Shown here: piece by piece, positions 1 to 11,275 of the stretch | How positions within the stretch are numbered: position 1 is the first letter of the stretch | How the letters are laid out: each line of letters starts with the position of its first letter | The notes under the pieces: generated by a model | What the model was told of the DNA's origin: nothing | The model's database searches: none | The model's input: only the letters and a program-made list of their open reading frames with translations | From: Escherichia coli | GTDB lineage: Bacteria; Pseudomonadota; Gammaproteobacteria; Enterobacterales; Enterobacteriaceae | Length of the DNA: 64,000 nt | Direction: 5' to 3' (one strand) | Assembly (NCBI RefSeq): GCF_003334305.1 | Contig: NZ_QOWS01000004.1 | Translations under genes and position numbers: made by a program

Positions 1-193
1 TCTTCAGTAACGAACACTTCCCCGTGTTGGATTGGGCTCATAGTACCTGGATCGACGTTGATGTACGGATCCAGTTTCATGATGGTCACATTGAGGCCAC
101 GGGCTTCAAGAATGGCTGCGAGGGAGGCTGCGGCAATGCCTTTACCCAGAGAGGATACGACCCCGCCGGTCACAAAAATATAGTTCGTTGTCA
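1..193 (-). CDS. pyrG: CTP synthase, N-terminal ~64 codons only (rest of gene lies beyond window start)
   Basis: Reverse complement of 1-193 translates [64 protein letters not shown], the conserved CTP synthase N-terminus; ATG is the reverse complement of 191-193. Not in ORF track because it is truncated by the window edge. Confidence 0.85.
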
Positions 194-421
194 TGCTGAA
201 CCTGAGAAGTTAGGTTGAAAAGACGATGGAATAACCAGGACGGGAAAGCAGTATACCCGAACATGACCTGTGCCACAAACTTTCATTATCCCTCCTCTTC
301 GCCAGCGCACTATTGAAATCAGGAGTGAGAAAATAGCCCCTTTGGGGTAAATGTTTTTGACGCAAATCAAGCGCTTGTCATTTAAAAAATGACACAAATG
401 GCGCTTGACCGCGTAATTCCC

Positions 422-1213
422 TTAGAGATCAATTTCCTGCCGTTTTACCTGTTGCCAGACTTCTTCCATTGTTTCGAGGTCAACACCTGTCATTTCCAGT
501 CCACGCGCGGCAACAATACGCTCCACTTCGCGAAAACGACGCTCAAATTTTTCGTTCGCTTTTTGCAATGCGATTTCCGCTTTTGTCCCTAAATGACGAG
601 CCAGATTGACCGTGGCAAACAGCAGGTCCCCCATTTCCTCCTCCAGTTTAGCCTGGTCGACAACAGCCTGCCGCGCTTCGTACATCACCTCGTCGATCTC
701 TTCGTAGACTTTATCGACTACCGGACCAAGCGTCGTCCAATCGAAGCCAACGTTGGCGCAACGTTTCTGGATTTTTTGCGCACGCATTAAAGCCGGTAAA
801 CTACGAGGAATATCGTCCAGCGCCGAATGCTGCGCTTTCTGCGCGCGCTCTTCGGTTTTGATTTGCTCCCAACGGGCAAGCACTTCACTACTGTTTTCGG
901 CAGAACTGTCAGCAAAAACATGCGGATGGCGACGCTCTAATTTATCGCTAATCGCAGCGCAAATATCATTAAAGTCAAAGCGCCCTTCTTCCTGAGCCAT
1001 TTGCGCGTAAAACACCACCTGGAACAGCAGATCGCCGAGTTCACCGCGCAGATCGTCAAAATCTTCACGGGCGATGGCGTCCAGCACTTCGTAGGTTTCT
1101 TCAAGGGTGTAAGGCGCAATGGTGGCAAATGTCTGCTCTTTATCCCACGGGCAGCCGTTTTCCGGATCGCGCAGGCGCTGCATAATAGTGAGCAAACGGT
1201 CGATTTGATTCAT
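422..1213 (-). CDS. mazG: Nucleoside triphosphate pyrophosphohydrolase MazG
   Basis: 263-aa ORF beginning MNQIDRLLTIMQRLRDPENGCPWDKEQTF, recognised as E. coli MazG; sits immediately downstream of mazEF on the same strand. Confidence 0.95.
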   Translation of the reverse strand: MNQIDRLLTIMQRLRDPENGCPWDKEQTFATIAPYTLEETYEVLDAIAREDFDDLRGELGDLLFQVVFYAQMAQEEGRFDFNDICAAISDKLERRHPHVFADSSAENSSEVLARWEQIKTEERAQKAQHSALDDIPRSLPALMRAQKIQKRCANVGFDWTTLGPVVDKVYEEIDEVMYEARQAVVDQAKLEEEMGDLLFATVNLARHLGTKAEIALQKANEKFERRFREVERIVAARGLEMTGVDLETMEEVWQQVKRQEIDL

Positions 1214-1283
1214 TAGAATGTCCTGAAAATTGCGGGTCTGTCAGGTGGAAACCTGTGACCAGAATAGAAGTGAGTTAGTAACA

Positions 1284-1619
1284 CTACCCAATCAGTACGT
1301 TAATTTTGGCTTTAATGAGTTGTAATTCCTCTGGGACAACCGTTCCTTTCTTCGTTGCTCCTCTTGCCCGCCAGGCGATACTTTTTACCTGATCAGCTAA
1401 CGCTACGCCATCACGTTCCTGACCGGATAAAACAACTTCGAACGGATATCCTTTTGATTGCGTTGTACAAGGAACACACAGACACATACCTGTTTTGTTG
1501 TTGTACATGAAAGGACTCAGGACAACAGCTGGACGATGTCCAGCTTGCTCGCTACCTTTTGTCGGGTCAAAATCAACACAAATCAGATCGCCCATATCGG
1601 GTACGTATCGGCTTACCAT
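1284..1619 (-). CDS. mazF: Type II toxin MazF (mRNA interferase, ACA-specific endoribonuclease)
   Basis: 111-aa [16 protein letters not shown]...INVLIG, recognised as E. coli MazF; start overlaps mazE stop by 1 nt. Confidence 0.96.
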   Translation of the reverse strand: MVSRYVPDMGDLICVDFDPTKGSEQAGHRPAVVLSPFMYNNKTGMCLCVPCTTQSKGYPFEVVLSGQERDGVALADQVKSIAWRARGATKKGTVVPEELQLIKAKINVLIG

Positions 1620-1867
1620 TACCAGACTTCCTTATCTTTCGGCTCTCCCCAGTCGATATTCTCGTGGAGGTTTTCCGGCGTGATGTCGTTGACCAGTTCA
1701 GCAAGCGTAAATACGGGCTCTTTACGCACTGGCTCAATAATTAATTTGCCATCCACCAGGTCAATCTTCACTTCATCATCAATATTCAGATTGAGCGCCT
1801 GCATTAACGTAGCCGGGATCCGCACCGCCGGTGAATTTCCCCAACGCTTTACGCTACTGTGGATCAT
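1619..1867 (-). CDS. mazE: Type II antitoxin MazE
   Basis: 82-aa [50 protein letters not shown]..., recognised as E. coli MazE; directly upstream of mazF. Confidence 0.96.
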
Positions 1868-1944
1868 AACCCTTTCCTCAAACCGCTATCATATGTAGAT
1901 ACAGTATATATCAATCTACATTGTAGATACGAGCAAATTTCTGC

Positions 1945-4179
1945 CTAACTCCCGTGCAACCGACGCGCGTCGATAACATCCGGCACCTGGTTGAGTTTAC
2001 CCAGCACGCGGCCCAGCACCTGCAGGTTGTAAATCTCAATGGTCATGTCGATGGTTGCCAGTTGCTGTTTGGTGTCGCTACGGCTGGCAACACCAAGCAC
2101 GTTCACCTTCTCGTTGGCGAGAATGGTCGTGATATCACGTAACAACCCACTACGATCATTAGCCACCACGCGGACCACCAGCGAATATCCGGCGGAGTAG
2201 CTCTCACCCCATACCGCGTCAACAATGCGTTCTGGCGCATGGGAGCGCAGTTCCGCCAGTTGTTCGCAATCGGCGCGGTGTACTGAAATACCGCGCCCCT
2301 GGGTAATGAAGCCGACAATCTCATCTCCAGGAATCGGCTGGCAGCAGCGCGCGATGTGGTGCATCAGGTTGCCAACACCTTCGACCACCACGCGACCGTT
2401 ATCTTTACTGCGGTTTTGCGGCGTGTAGCTTTTTTGCTGAAGTTGCTTCAGCGCGGCGGCGTCCTGCTCTTCGGCACTCGGCTTATTAAATTGCGATTGC
2501 AGGAAGTTCACCATCTGATTGAGACGGATATCCCCGCCACCAATCGCCGCCAGCAACTCGTCGACATCATTAAAGTTGTAACGCGGCAGCAGATGTTTTT
2601 CTGCTTCTTTCAGGCTGATCCCCAGATGTTCCAGCTCGTCGTCAAGGATTTGCCGCCCAGCCAGAATGTTTTTGTCACGGTCCTGTTTACGGAACCAGGC
2701 GTGAATTTTCGAACGCCCACGGCTGGTTGTGACGTAACCGAGGTTTGGGTTTAACCAGTCACGGCTGGGGTTCGGCTGTTTCTGGGTGATAATTTCAATC
2801 TGGTCGCCCATCTGCAGCTGGTAGGTGAACGGCACAATGCGCCCGCCAATTTTTGCCCCGATGCAGCGGTGTCCGACATCACTGTGGATGTGGTAAGCGA
2901 AGTCCAGCGGCGTTGATCCCGCAGGCAAATCAACGACATCACCTTTCGGCGTAAAGACATACACCCGGTCGTCAAAGACCTGGCTGCGTACTTCGTCGAG
3001 CATTTCGCCGGAATCAGCCATCTCTTCCTGCCACGCAATCAGTTTACGCAGCCAGGCAATCCGGTCTTCATGTCCCGAACGTGCGCCGCCAGCTGCCGCG
3101 CCCTCTTTATATTTCCAGTGCGCAGCAACACCCAACTCTGCATCTTCATGCATCTGTTTGGTGCGGATTTGGATCTCAACGGTTTTGCCACCTGGCCCCA
3201 GAACCACGGTATGAATAGACTGATAACCGTTTGGTTTCGGGTTAGCGACATAATCGTCAAACTCATCCGGCAGGTGGCGATAGTGAGTGTGCACTATCCC
3301 CAGTGCGGCATAACAATCCTGTAAACGCTCGGCGACAATACGTACCGCACGCACATCAAACAGCTCATCGAAGGCGAGGTTCTTTTTCTGCATTTTGCGC
3401 CAGATGCTGTAGATGTGTTTCGGTCGACCATACACTTCAGCTTTAACGCCTTCAGCTTTCATCTCAGCGCGCAGATGGCCGACAAACTCTTCGATATAGT
3501 GTTCGCGGTCGAGACGGCGTTCATGCAGCAGTTTTGCGATGCGTTTGTATTCGGTCGGGTGGAGATAACGGAAGCAGTAATCTTCCAGCTCCCATTTCAG
3601 TTGCCCAATCCCAAGACGGTTCGCCAACGGCGCGTAGATATTGGTGCACTCTTTTGCCGCCAGTACGCGTTCATCTTCCGGCGCATCTTTTACTTCGCGC
3701 AGATGAGCAATACGCTCCGCCAGTTTGATGACCACGCAGCGAAAATCATCGACCATCGCCAATAACATCCGGCGAACGTTATCGACCTGTTCGGAGGAAA
3801 CAGAATCAGTGTGCGTCGCTTTCAGCTGGCGGATCGCCGCCATATCACGCACGCCGTGAATAAGGTTAACAACCGACTTACCGACGCTCTCACGCAGCAC
3901 ATCTTCGCTAACTACGTTGGCATCAGCCAGAGGGAACAGCAGCGCCGCCCGCAGCGTGTCAATGTCCATACTTAATGTCGAGAGGATCTCCACCATCTCA
4001 ACACCACGCCACAATAACAGACTGGCATCCGGATGCCCCTGCGTCTGTTGCAGACAATACGCCCAGGTTTCGGCTAAGCACTCACACGACTTCTGGCTGG
4101 TAATACCCAGACTTGCGATCCATTTTTCCGGATCAAATTCACCAGCCTTATTGATATGTGCACTTCTTACCGCAACCAT
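1945..4179 (-). CDS. relA: GTP pyrophosphokinase RelA ((p)ppGpp synthetase I)
   Basis: 744-aa ORF MVAVRSAHINKAGEFDPEKWIASLG..., full-length match to my memory of E. coli RelA. Confidence 0.97.
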   Translation of the reverse strand: MVAVRSAHINKAGEFDPEKWIASLGITSQKSCECLAETWAYCLQQTQGHPDASLLLWRGVEMVEILSTLSMDIDTLRAALLFPLADANVVSEDVLRESVGKSVVNLIHGVRDMAAIRQLKATHTDSVSSEQVDNVRRMLLAMVDDFRCVVIKLAERIAHLREVKDAPEDERVLAAKECTNIYAPLANRLGIGQLKWELEDYCFRYLHPTEYKRIAKLLHERRLDREHYIEEFVGHLRAEMKAEGVKAEVYGRPKHIYSIWRKMQKKNLAFDELFDVRAVRIVAERLQDCYAALGIVHTHYRHLPDEFDDYVANPKPNGYQSIHTVVLGPGGKTVEIQIRTKQMHEDAELGVAAHWKYKEGAAAGGARSGHEDRIAWLRKLIAWQEEMADSGEMLDEVRSQVFDDRVYVFTPKGDVVDLPAGSTPLDFAYHIHSDVGHRCIGAKIGGRIVPFTYQLQMGDQIEIITQKQPNPSRDWLNPNLGYVTTSRGRSKIHAWFRKQDRDKNILAGRQILDDELEHLGISLKEAEKHLLPRYNFNDVDELLAAIGGGDIRLNQMVNFLQSQFNKPSAEEQDAAALKQLQQKSYTPQNRSKDNGRVVVEGVGNLMHHIARCCQPIPGDEIVGFITQGRGISVHRADCEQLAELRSHAPERIVDAVWGESYSAGYSLVVRVVANDRSGLLRDITTILANEKVNVLGVASRSDTKQQLATIDMTIEIYNLQVLGRVLGKLNQVPDVIDARRLHGS

Positions 4180-4226
4180 CGTCCTCTCCTTTAGGGACCA
4201 GACCTGCCGAAATCGGCAAATCGTAA

Positions 4227-5528
4227 CTATTTAACGCGCGAGAAAAGTACCATCGATTCCAGATGTCCCGTGTGTGGGAACATATCCAGCATCGCCAGTC
4301 GCGCAATGGTATATCCTGCTTTTAATAACGCTTCGCTATCCCGAGCCAGCGTTGCAGGATTACAGGATACATAAACTATACGAATAGGTTCCAGTTTTAT
4401 AATTTGCTGTATAACACCTGCGGCACCTGCTCGCGCGGGGTCCAGCAACACTTTATCGAAGCCGTTTTTCGCCCACGGCTGCTTTGTGACATCTTCTTCA
4501 AGATTTTCATGATAAAACGTCACATTCTGTAAACCATTAAGACGCGCATTCTGCTGGCCTTTTTCCACCAGCGCCGGAACACCTTCTACACCCACCACAC
4601 TGGCAGCTTGTGTCGCCAATGGCAGTGTAAAGTTGCCCATACCGCAGAACAGATCCAGTACGCGATCTTCAGGTTGCACATCCAGCCATTCCAACGCACG
4701 CGCTACCATTTTTTGGTTCACACCCGCATTGACCTGAATAAAATCGCGCGGGCTAAAAGTTAAGCGCAACCCGTTTGAGTCATACCAGGGCATCTCACCA
4801 GAGACGGTTTCGAGTATCTCACTATCGGGGGCGAGATACAGATCCAGGCCTTCAGAATGCGAAAAGCGTTCCAGTTTTTCGCGATCAGCCGAACTTAGCG
4901 GTGCGGTATGGCGCAAAATCATCAGCGTGCCGCTGGTTGCCTGTACCAGTTCAACATGACCAAGATGGCGTATAGCTTGTAAGCTGCCCAGGCATGCCCT
5001 GACTTTGGGCAGCAATGCTTCAAGTTGGGGCACTAAAATGGGGCATTGTTTAACGTCGACAATGTCACTGGAGCCCGCTTTGCGAAAGCCCATCTGAAGT
5101 TGCTGTGTTTTCGGTAAGTAGTTCAAACTTAAACGCGCGCGACGGCGATAGCCCCAGGGAACATCGGCGATCACTTCAGAGACTTCGTGTTTCATTAATC
5201 GGGCGAGTGCCGCACTTTTGCTTCGCTGCTGTAAATCCACGCTGGCGTGTTGTTGCTGACAGCCGCCGCATACGCCAAAATGAGGACAGCGTGGCGTTTC
5301 GCGTTCCGGGCTATCGCTTAACCGGCGCACGACTTTAGCGCGGGCGTACTGTTTTTTATCTTCAGTAACAGTAACTTCCGCGTTTTCCTGTGGCAGTAAT
5401 CCAGGAATAAATAACGCTTTGCCGTTATGTCGCGCCACGCCCTGACCAAAAGAGTCGAGGTCGTTGACTGAAACGGTTATGATCTGACGCGTCGTCGTGC
5501 GTCGTTTTGCAGAGTAGAATTGCGCCAT
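4227..5528 (-). CDS. rlmD: 23S rRNA (uracil1939-C5)-methyltransferase RlmD (RumA)
   Basis: 433-aa [40 protein letters not shown]... with the [11 protein letters not shown] iron-sulfur motif; directly upstream of relA on the same strand. Confidence 0.95.
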   Translation of the reverse strand: MAQFYSAKRRTTTRQIITVSVNDLDSFGQGVARHNGKALFIPGLLPQENAEVTVTEDKKQYARAKVVRRLSDSPERETPRCPHFGVCGGCQQQHASVDLQQRSKSAALARLMKHEVSEVIADVPWGYRRRARLSLNYLPKTQQLQMGFRKAGSSDIVDVKQCPILVPQLEALLPKVRACLGSLQAIRHLGHVELVQATSGTLMILRHTAPLSSADREKLERFSHSEGLDLYLAPDSEILETVSGEMPWYDSNGLRLTFSPRDFIQVNAGVNQKMVARALEWLDVQPEDRVLDLFCGMGNFTLPLATQAASVVGVEGVPALVEKGQQNARLNGLQNVTFYHENLEEDVTKQPWAKNGFDKVLLDPARAGAAGVIQQIIKLEPIRIVYVSCNPATLARDSEALLKAGYTIARLAMLDMFPHTGHLESMVLFSRVK

Positions 5529-5584
5529 TGGCGAGACTTTCTCAATTTAACAGTGTGACCTTAATTGTCCCATAACGGAACTCC

Positions 5585-8341
5585 ATGACCAACTACAGCC
5601 TGCGCGCACGCATGATGATTCTGATCCTGGCACCGACCGTCCTTATTGGTTTATTGCTGAGTATCTTTTTCGTCGTGCATCGCTATAACGACTTGCAGCG
5701 TCAACTGGAAGATGCCGGTGCCAGCATTATTGAGCCGCTTGCAGTTTCTACTGAATATGGCATGAGCCTGCAAAATCGCGAATCTATCGGTCAGTTAATA
5801 AGCGTACTGCATCGTCGCCATTCCGATATTGTTCGCGCGATTTCGGTTTATGATGAAAATAACCGACTCTTTGTCACCTCCAATTTTCATCTTGATCCCT
5901 CATCAATGCAGCTCGGCAGCAACGTGCCGTTTCCTCGCCAGCTCACTGTCACTCGTGACGGCGATATTATGATCCTCCGCACGCCGATTATTTCTGAGAG
6001 TTACTCCCCCGACGAATCGCCCAGTAGCGATGCCAAAAATAGTCAAAATATGTTGGGATATATTGCGCTTGAGCTGGATCTTAAATCGGTTCGCTTGCAG
6101 CAATATAAAGAGATCTTTATTTCCAGCGTGATGATGCTGTTTTGTATCGGTATTGCGCTTATTTTTGGCTGGCGCTTAATGCGCGATGTAACCGGTCCGA
6201 TTCGCAACATGGTGAATACCGTCGACCGCATCCGTCGCGGGCAACTCGACAGCCGGGTGGAAGGATTTATGCTCGGCGAGCTGGATATGCTGAAAAACGG
6301 TATCAACTCGATGGCAATGTCGCTGGCTGCTTATCACGAAGAGATGCAGCACAATATCGACCAGGCGACGTCCGATCTGCGTGAAACGCTGGAGCAGATG
6401 GAAATTCAGAACGTTGAGTTAGATCTGGCGAAAAAGCGCGCCCAGGAAGCGGCGCGTATTAAATCCGAGTTTCTGGCAAATATGTCACACGAGCTGCGTA
6501 CACCACTGAATGGTGTTATTGGCTTTACCCGCCTGACGCTGAAAACAGAATTAACACCAACGCAGCGCGATCACCTGAATACGATTGAACGTTCGGCAAA
6601 TAATTTGCTGGCAATTATTAATGATGTTCTCGACTTCTCGAAACTGGAAGCAGGTAAGCTGATTCTGGAAAGTATTCCATTCCCACTACGCAGCACGCTG
6701 GATGAAGTCGTTACTCTGCTGGCACATTCTTCTCACGATAAAGGGTTGGAACTGACGCTCAATATTAAAAGCGACGTGCCTGATAACGTGATCGGCGACC
6801 CACTGCGATTACAGCAAATCATCACTAACCTGGTGGGGAATGCAATTAAATTCACCGAGAATGGCAACATTGATATTCTGGTAGAAAAACGTGCGCTGAG
6901 TAATACCAAAGTGCAGATTGAAGTGCAGATTCGGGATACCGGCATTGGTATTCCTGAACGCGATCAATCGCGCTTATTCCAGGCCTTCCGACAGGCTGAT
7001 GCCAGTATTTCCCGCCGTCATGGTGGCACCGGTCTGGGGCTGGTGATTACACAAAAACTGGTTAATGAAATGGGCGGCGATATTTCGTTCCATAGCCAGC
7101 CGAATCGCGGTTCAACTTTCTGGTTCCACATTAATCTCGATCTGAACCCGAACATTATTATCGAAGGGCCATCCACCCAGTGCCTCGCCGGTAAGCGCCT
7201 GGCCTATGTCGAACCAAACTCCGCAGCAGCGCAATGCACGCTGGATATTTTAAGTGAAACGCCGCTGGAAGTGGTTTATAGCCCAACGTTCTCCGCGCTG
7301 CCTCCCGCGCATTACGACATGATGTTGTTAGGCATCGCGGTGACCTTCCGCGAGCCGCTAACAATGCAACATGAGCGATTAGCGAAAGCGGTATCGATGA
7401 CCGATTTCCTGATGCTGGCACTTCCTTGCCATGCACAAGTCAATGCAGAAAAACTCAAGCAAGATGGTATCGGCGCGTGTCTGCTGAAACCATTAACACC
7501 TACGCGCCTGTTGCCTGCCCTGACGGAATTTTGTCATCACAAACAAAACACGCTTTTGCCTGTAACCGATGAAAGCAAGCTGGCAATGACAGTCATGGCA
7601 GTTGATGACAACCCCGCTAACCTGAAACTTATCGGCGCATTGCTGGAAGATATGGTGCAACATGTGGAACTTTGCGATAGCGGGCATCAGGCGGTTGAAC
7701 GGGCGAAACAGATGCCGTTCGATTTGATCTTAATGGATATTCAAATGCCTGACATGGATGGCATTCGGGCCTGCGAGCTCATCCACCAGCTCCCCCATCA
7801 GCAACAAACGCCGGTTATCGCGGTAACGGCGCATGCAATGGCCGGGCAAAAAGAGAAGCTGCTTGGCGCAGGGATGAGCGATTATCTGGCGAAACCGATT
7901 GAAGAAGAGCGATTGCATAATTTGTTGTTGCGCTACAAGCCTGGCAGCGGTATTTCCTCTCGCGTCGTGACGCCCGAAGTCAACGAAATTGTGGTGAACC
8001 CGAATGCGACCCTCGACTGGCAACTGGCACTACGCCAGGCAGCAGGAAAAACCGATTTAGCGCGCGATATGCTGCAAATGTTACTCGATTTCCTGCCTGA
8101 AGTTCGCAACAAAGTTGAGGAACAGCTGGTTGGAGAAAACCCGGAAGGCCTGGTTGATTTGATTCATAAACTGCATGGCAGTTGCGGCTATAGCGGTGTG
8201 CCGCGTATGAAGAATCTCTGCCAACTGATCGAACAACAGCTACGTAGCGGTACTAAAGAAGAAGATTTGGAGCCGGAGCTGCTGGAACTGTTGGACGAGA
8301 TGGATAATGTAGCGCGCGAAGCCAGCAAAATTCTCGGGTAA
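5585..8341 (+). CDS. barA: Hybrid sensor histidine kinase BarA (tripartite HK-REC-HPt)
   Basis: 918-aa [34 protein letters not shown]... with an H-box ([17 protein letters not shown]), a receiver domain ([14 protein letters not shown]) and a C-terminal HPt region. Confidence 0.97.
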
Positions 8342-8414
8342 CGGACGTCTTGTCGAGTAGCAATCGGCTTTTTATGACGCTGGTTTCAGATTGGTGACAA
8401 AGTGCCTGTGTTTA

Positions 8415-8450
8415 TGCCGGATGCGGCGTTAACGCCTTATCCGGCCTACA
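8415..8450. repeat. REP (repetitive extragenic palindrome) unit
   Basis: gccggatgcggcgttaacgccttatccggcctaca is a near-consensus E. coli REP palindrome, lying in the barA/gudD convergent spacer. Confidence 0.8.
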
Positions 8451-8535
8451 AAACCAATTAAATTCAATGAATTAAAAAATGATGTAGACCTGATACATAG
8501 CACAACAGGCTATTTTGCGTTTAGCATCAGTCTCA

Positions 8536-8567
8536 AGCCGGCTCCAGATAGAGCCGGTTTTGGTTTT
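8536..8567 (+). terminator. Rho-independent terminator (plus-strand orientation, downstream of barA)
   Basis: GC stem gccggctc / gagccggt with a 6-nt loop, followed by TTTTGGTTTT on the plus strand. Confidence 0.6.
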
Positions 8568-8572
8568 CTGTC

Positions 8573-9913
8573 TTAACGCACCATGCACGGGCGCTTGTTA
8601 TCGAACGTCCAGCCAGGAATCAGATACTGCATTCCCATCGCATCGTCACGCGCGCCAAGCCCGTGTTTCTGATACAGCTCATGGGCTTTCATCACTTGAT
8701 CCATATCGATTTCTACACCCAGCCCCGGTTTTTCCGGCACCTGAACCAGACCGCCTTTGATCTCAAACGGTTCTTTGGTCAGGCGCTGATTACCTTCCTG
8801 CCAGATCCAGTGCGTATCAATAGCAGTAATTTTACCCGGTGCAGCGGCGGCAACATGGGTAAACATCGCCAGGGAAATATCGAAGTGGTTGTTTGAGTGT
8901 GAACCCCAGGTCAGGCCAAATTCATGGCACATTTGCGCCACACGTACCGAACCTTGCATCGTCCAGAAATGCGGATCCGCCAGCGGGATATCAACGGATT
9001 GCAGGGAGAGCGTATGGCCCATCTGCCGCCAGTCGGTGGCGATCATATTGGTTGCGGTCGGCAGGCCAGTTGCGCGACGGAACTCTGCCATCACTTCACG
9101 CCCGGAGAAACCTTGCTCCGCACCACACGGATCTTCTGCATAAGCCAGCGACCCTTTCAGGTATTTACCAATTTTAATCGCTTCGTTCAGCGACCAGGCA
9201 CCGTTAGGATCGAGCGTAATACGCGCCTGCGGGAAGCGTTGCGCCAGTGCCACAATAGACTCGGCCTCTTCTTCCCCGGCCAGTACACCGCCTTTCAGTT
9301 TGAAATCGTTGAAGCCATATTTTTCATACGCCGCTTCCGCCAGGCGCACCACCGCATCCGGCGTCATCGCTTCTTCATGACGCAGGCGATACCAGTCGCA
9401 TGAGTCATCCGACTGGCTTTGATACGGCAGCGGTGTGGCTTTGCGATCACCGACGAAGAACAGATAACCGAGCATTTCGACTTCGCTACGCTGTTGACCA
9501 TCGCCCAGCAGGGATGCCACGTTTACCCCCAGATGCTGCCCCAGCAGATCCAGCATTGCCGCTTCTATCCCGGTAACTACATGAATAGTGGTACGCAAAT
9601 CAAATGTCTGCAAACCGCGCCCACCAGCATCACGATCGGCAAAAGTATTACGCACCAGCGTCAGAACGTTTTTGTATTCACCCAGCGTTTTACCTACCAC
9701 CAGCGGAATCGCATCTTCCAGCGTTTTACGGATTTTCTCGCCGCCGGGAATTTCCCCTACGCCAGTGTGACCAGAATTATCTTTGATAATCACAATATTA
9801 CGCGTAAAGAACGGTGCGTGTGCACCACTCAGATTCATCAGCATACTGTCATGACCCGCCACCGGGATGACCTGCATTTCAGTAACAACAGGCGTCGTAA
9901 ATTGAGAACTCAT
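8573..9913 (-). CDS. gudD: D-glucarate dehydratase
   Basis: Enolase-superfamily protein. The ORF track extends to 9937 (MILKKDINM...), but the recognised protein begins [23 protein letters not shown] at the internal ATG (reverse complement of 9911-9913), which also removes the overlap with gudX. Confidence 0.93.
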   Translation of the reverse strand: MSSQFTTPVVTEMQVIPVAGHDSMLMNLSGAHAPFFTRNIVIIKDNSGHTGVGEIPGGEKIRKTLEDAIPLVVGKTLGEYKNVLTLVRNTFADRDAGGRGLQTFDLRTTIHVVTGIEAAMLDLLGQHLGVNVASLLGDGQQRSEVEMLGYLFFVGDRKATPLPYQSQSDDSCDWYRLRHEEAMTPDAVVRLAEAAYEKYGFNDFKLKGGVLAGEEEAESIVALAQRFPQARITLDPNGAWSLNEAIKIGKYLKGSLAYAEDPCGAEQGFSGREVMAEFRRATGLPTATNMIATDWRQMGHTLSLQSVDIPLADPHFWTMQGSVRVAQMCHEFGLTWGSHSNNHFDISLAMFTHVAAAAPGKITAIDTHWIWQEGNQRLTKEPFEIKGGLVQVPEKPGLGVEIDMDQVMKAHELYQKHGLGARDDAMGMQYLIPGWTFDNKRPCMVR

Positions 9914-9933
9914 ATTTATGTCCTTTTTCAGAA

Positions 9934-11274
9934 TCAATGACGGCCGAAAACGGGACGTTTACGGTCAAAGGTCCAGCCGGGGATCAGGTACTGCATCGGA
10001 CCTGCGTCGTTACGCGCACCGACAGGCAGACGTTTATAGGCCTCATGTGCCTTTTGTACCTGTTCCCAGTCCAGTTCCACGCCCAGACCGGGCGCATCAG
10101 GAACGGCAATTTTTCCGTTTTTAATCTCCAGCGGATTTTTGGTCAGGCGACAATCGCCCTCCTGCCAAATCCAGTGGGTATCGATAGCGGTAGGATTACC
10201 CGGTGCCGCCGCGCCCACATGGGTAAACATCGCCAGAGAGATATCGAAATGGTTATTAGAATGGCAGCCCCAGGTCAGCCCCCAGTCGTCGCAAAGCTGC
10301 GCCACACGGACTGCACCGGAAAGCGTCCAGAAGTGCGGATCGGCAAGTGGAATATCTACCGCATTGAGCATCACCGCATGACCCATTTCGCGCCAGTTGG
10401 TGGCGATCATGTTAGTCGCGACGGGCAAGCCGGTCGCCCGCCGAAACTCCGCCATCACTTCACGACCGGAGAAACCCTGTTCTGCGCCGCATGGATCTTC
10501 GGCATAGGTAAGAACATCATTCAGCCCTTTGCATAGAGAAATGGCTTCATCAAGTAGCCAGGCACCGTTGGGATCAACGGTAATCCGCGCATCAGGGAAG
10601 CGTTTCTTCAATGCCCGAACAGTGTCGATTTCTTGCTCGCCAGGTAACACCCCGCCCTTAAGTTTGAAATCTTTAAAGCCATAGCGATCCTGTGAGGCTT
10701 CCGCCAGACGCACAACGGCTTCGCTGTTCATCGCTTTCTGATGGCGCAACTGATACCACTCATGGTTGCCCGGCGTATTTTCCAGATAAGGAAGATCGGT
10801 TTTGGTCCGATCACCGATATAAAACAGATAACCGAGGACGGTAATAGTCTCGCGTTGCTTGCCTGGCCCCAACAGTTCGCAGACCGGAACATTCAGCGCC
10901 TTACCTAGCAGGTCAAGCAAGGCGGCTTCCAGCGCCGCCACGGCATTAACGCGCAATTCAAAAGTCCAGGCACCTTTGCCGAAGGTATCAAAATCGGCTG
11001 CCTGATTACCTTTATGCACCTGCTGAACCACTTTATTCAGGCGCGCAACTTCCTGGCCCAGAACCATCGGAATAGCATCGACCAGTGTTTGATAAATCAC
11101 CTCTCCGCCCGGCGCTTCACCAATGCCGGTATGCCCGGCGTTATCGGTGAGTACCACAATATTGCGGGTGAAATATGCGTTATGTGCCCCACCAATATTA
11201 AGCAACATGCTATCGTGCCCGGCGACCGGAATGACTTTCATATCAGTAATAACAGGACTGGATTGTGTCGTCAT
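9934..11274 (-). CDS. gudX: Glucarate dehydratase-related protein GudX (enolase superfamily paralogue)
   Basis: 446-aa [44 protein letters not shown]..., clearly paralogous to the adjacent gudD product. Confidence 0.93.
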   Translation of the reverse strand: MTTQSSPVITDMKVIPVAGHDSMLLNIGGAHNAYFTRNIVVLTDNAGHTGIGEAPGGEVIYQTLVDAIPMVLGQEVARLNKVVQQVHKGNQAADFDTFGKGAWTFELRVNAVAALEAALLDLLGKALNVPVCELLGPGKQRETITVLGYLFYIGDRTKTDLPYLENTPGNHEWYQLRHQKAMNSEAVVRLAEASQDRYGFKDFKLKGGVLPGEQEIDTVRALKKRFPDARITVDPNGAWLLDEAISLCKGLNDVLTYAEDPCGAEQGFSGREVMAEFRRATGLPVATNMIATNWREMGHAVMLNAVDIPLADPHFWTLSGAVRVAQLCDDWGLTWGCHSNNHFDISLAMFTHVGAAAPGNPTAIDTHWIWQEGDCRLTKNPLEIKNGKIAVPDAPGLGVELDWEQVQKAHEAYKRLPVGARNDAGPMQYLIPGWTFDRKRPVFGRH

Positions 11275-11275
11275 C

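Noticed and set aside
8889-9940. Several plus-strand ORFs of 84-173 aa inside gudD
   Set aside because: All are antisense to or out of frame with the gudD coding region and lack any domain signature; the minus-strand enolase-superfamily frame fully explains the region.
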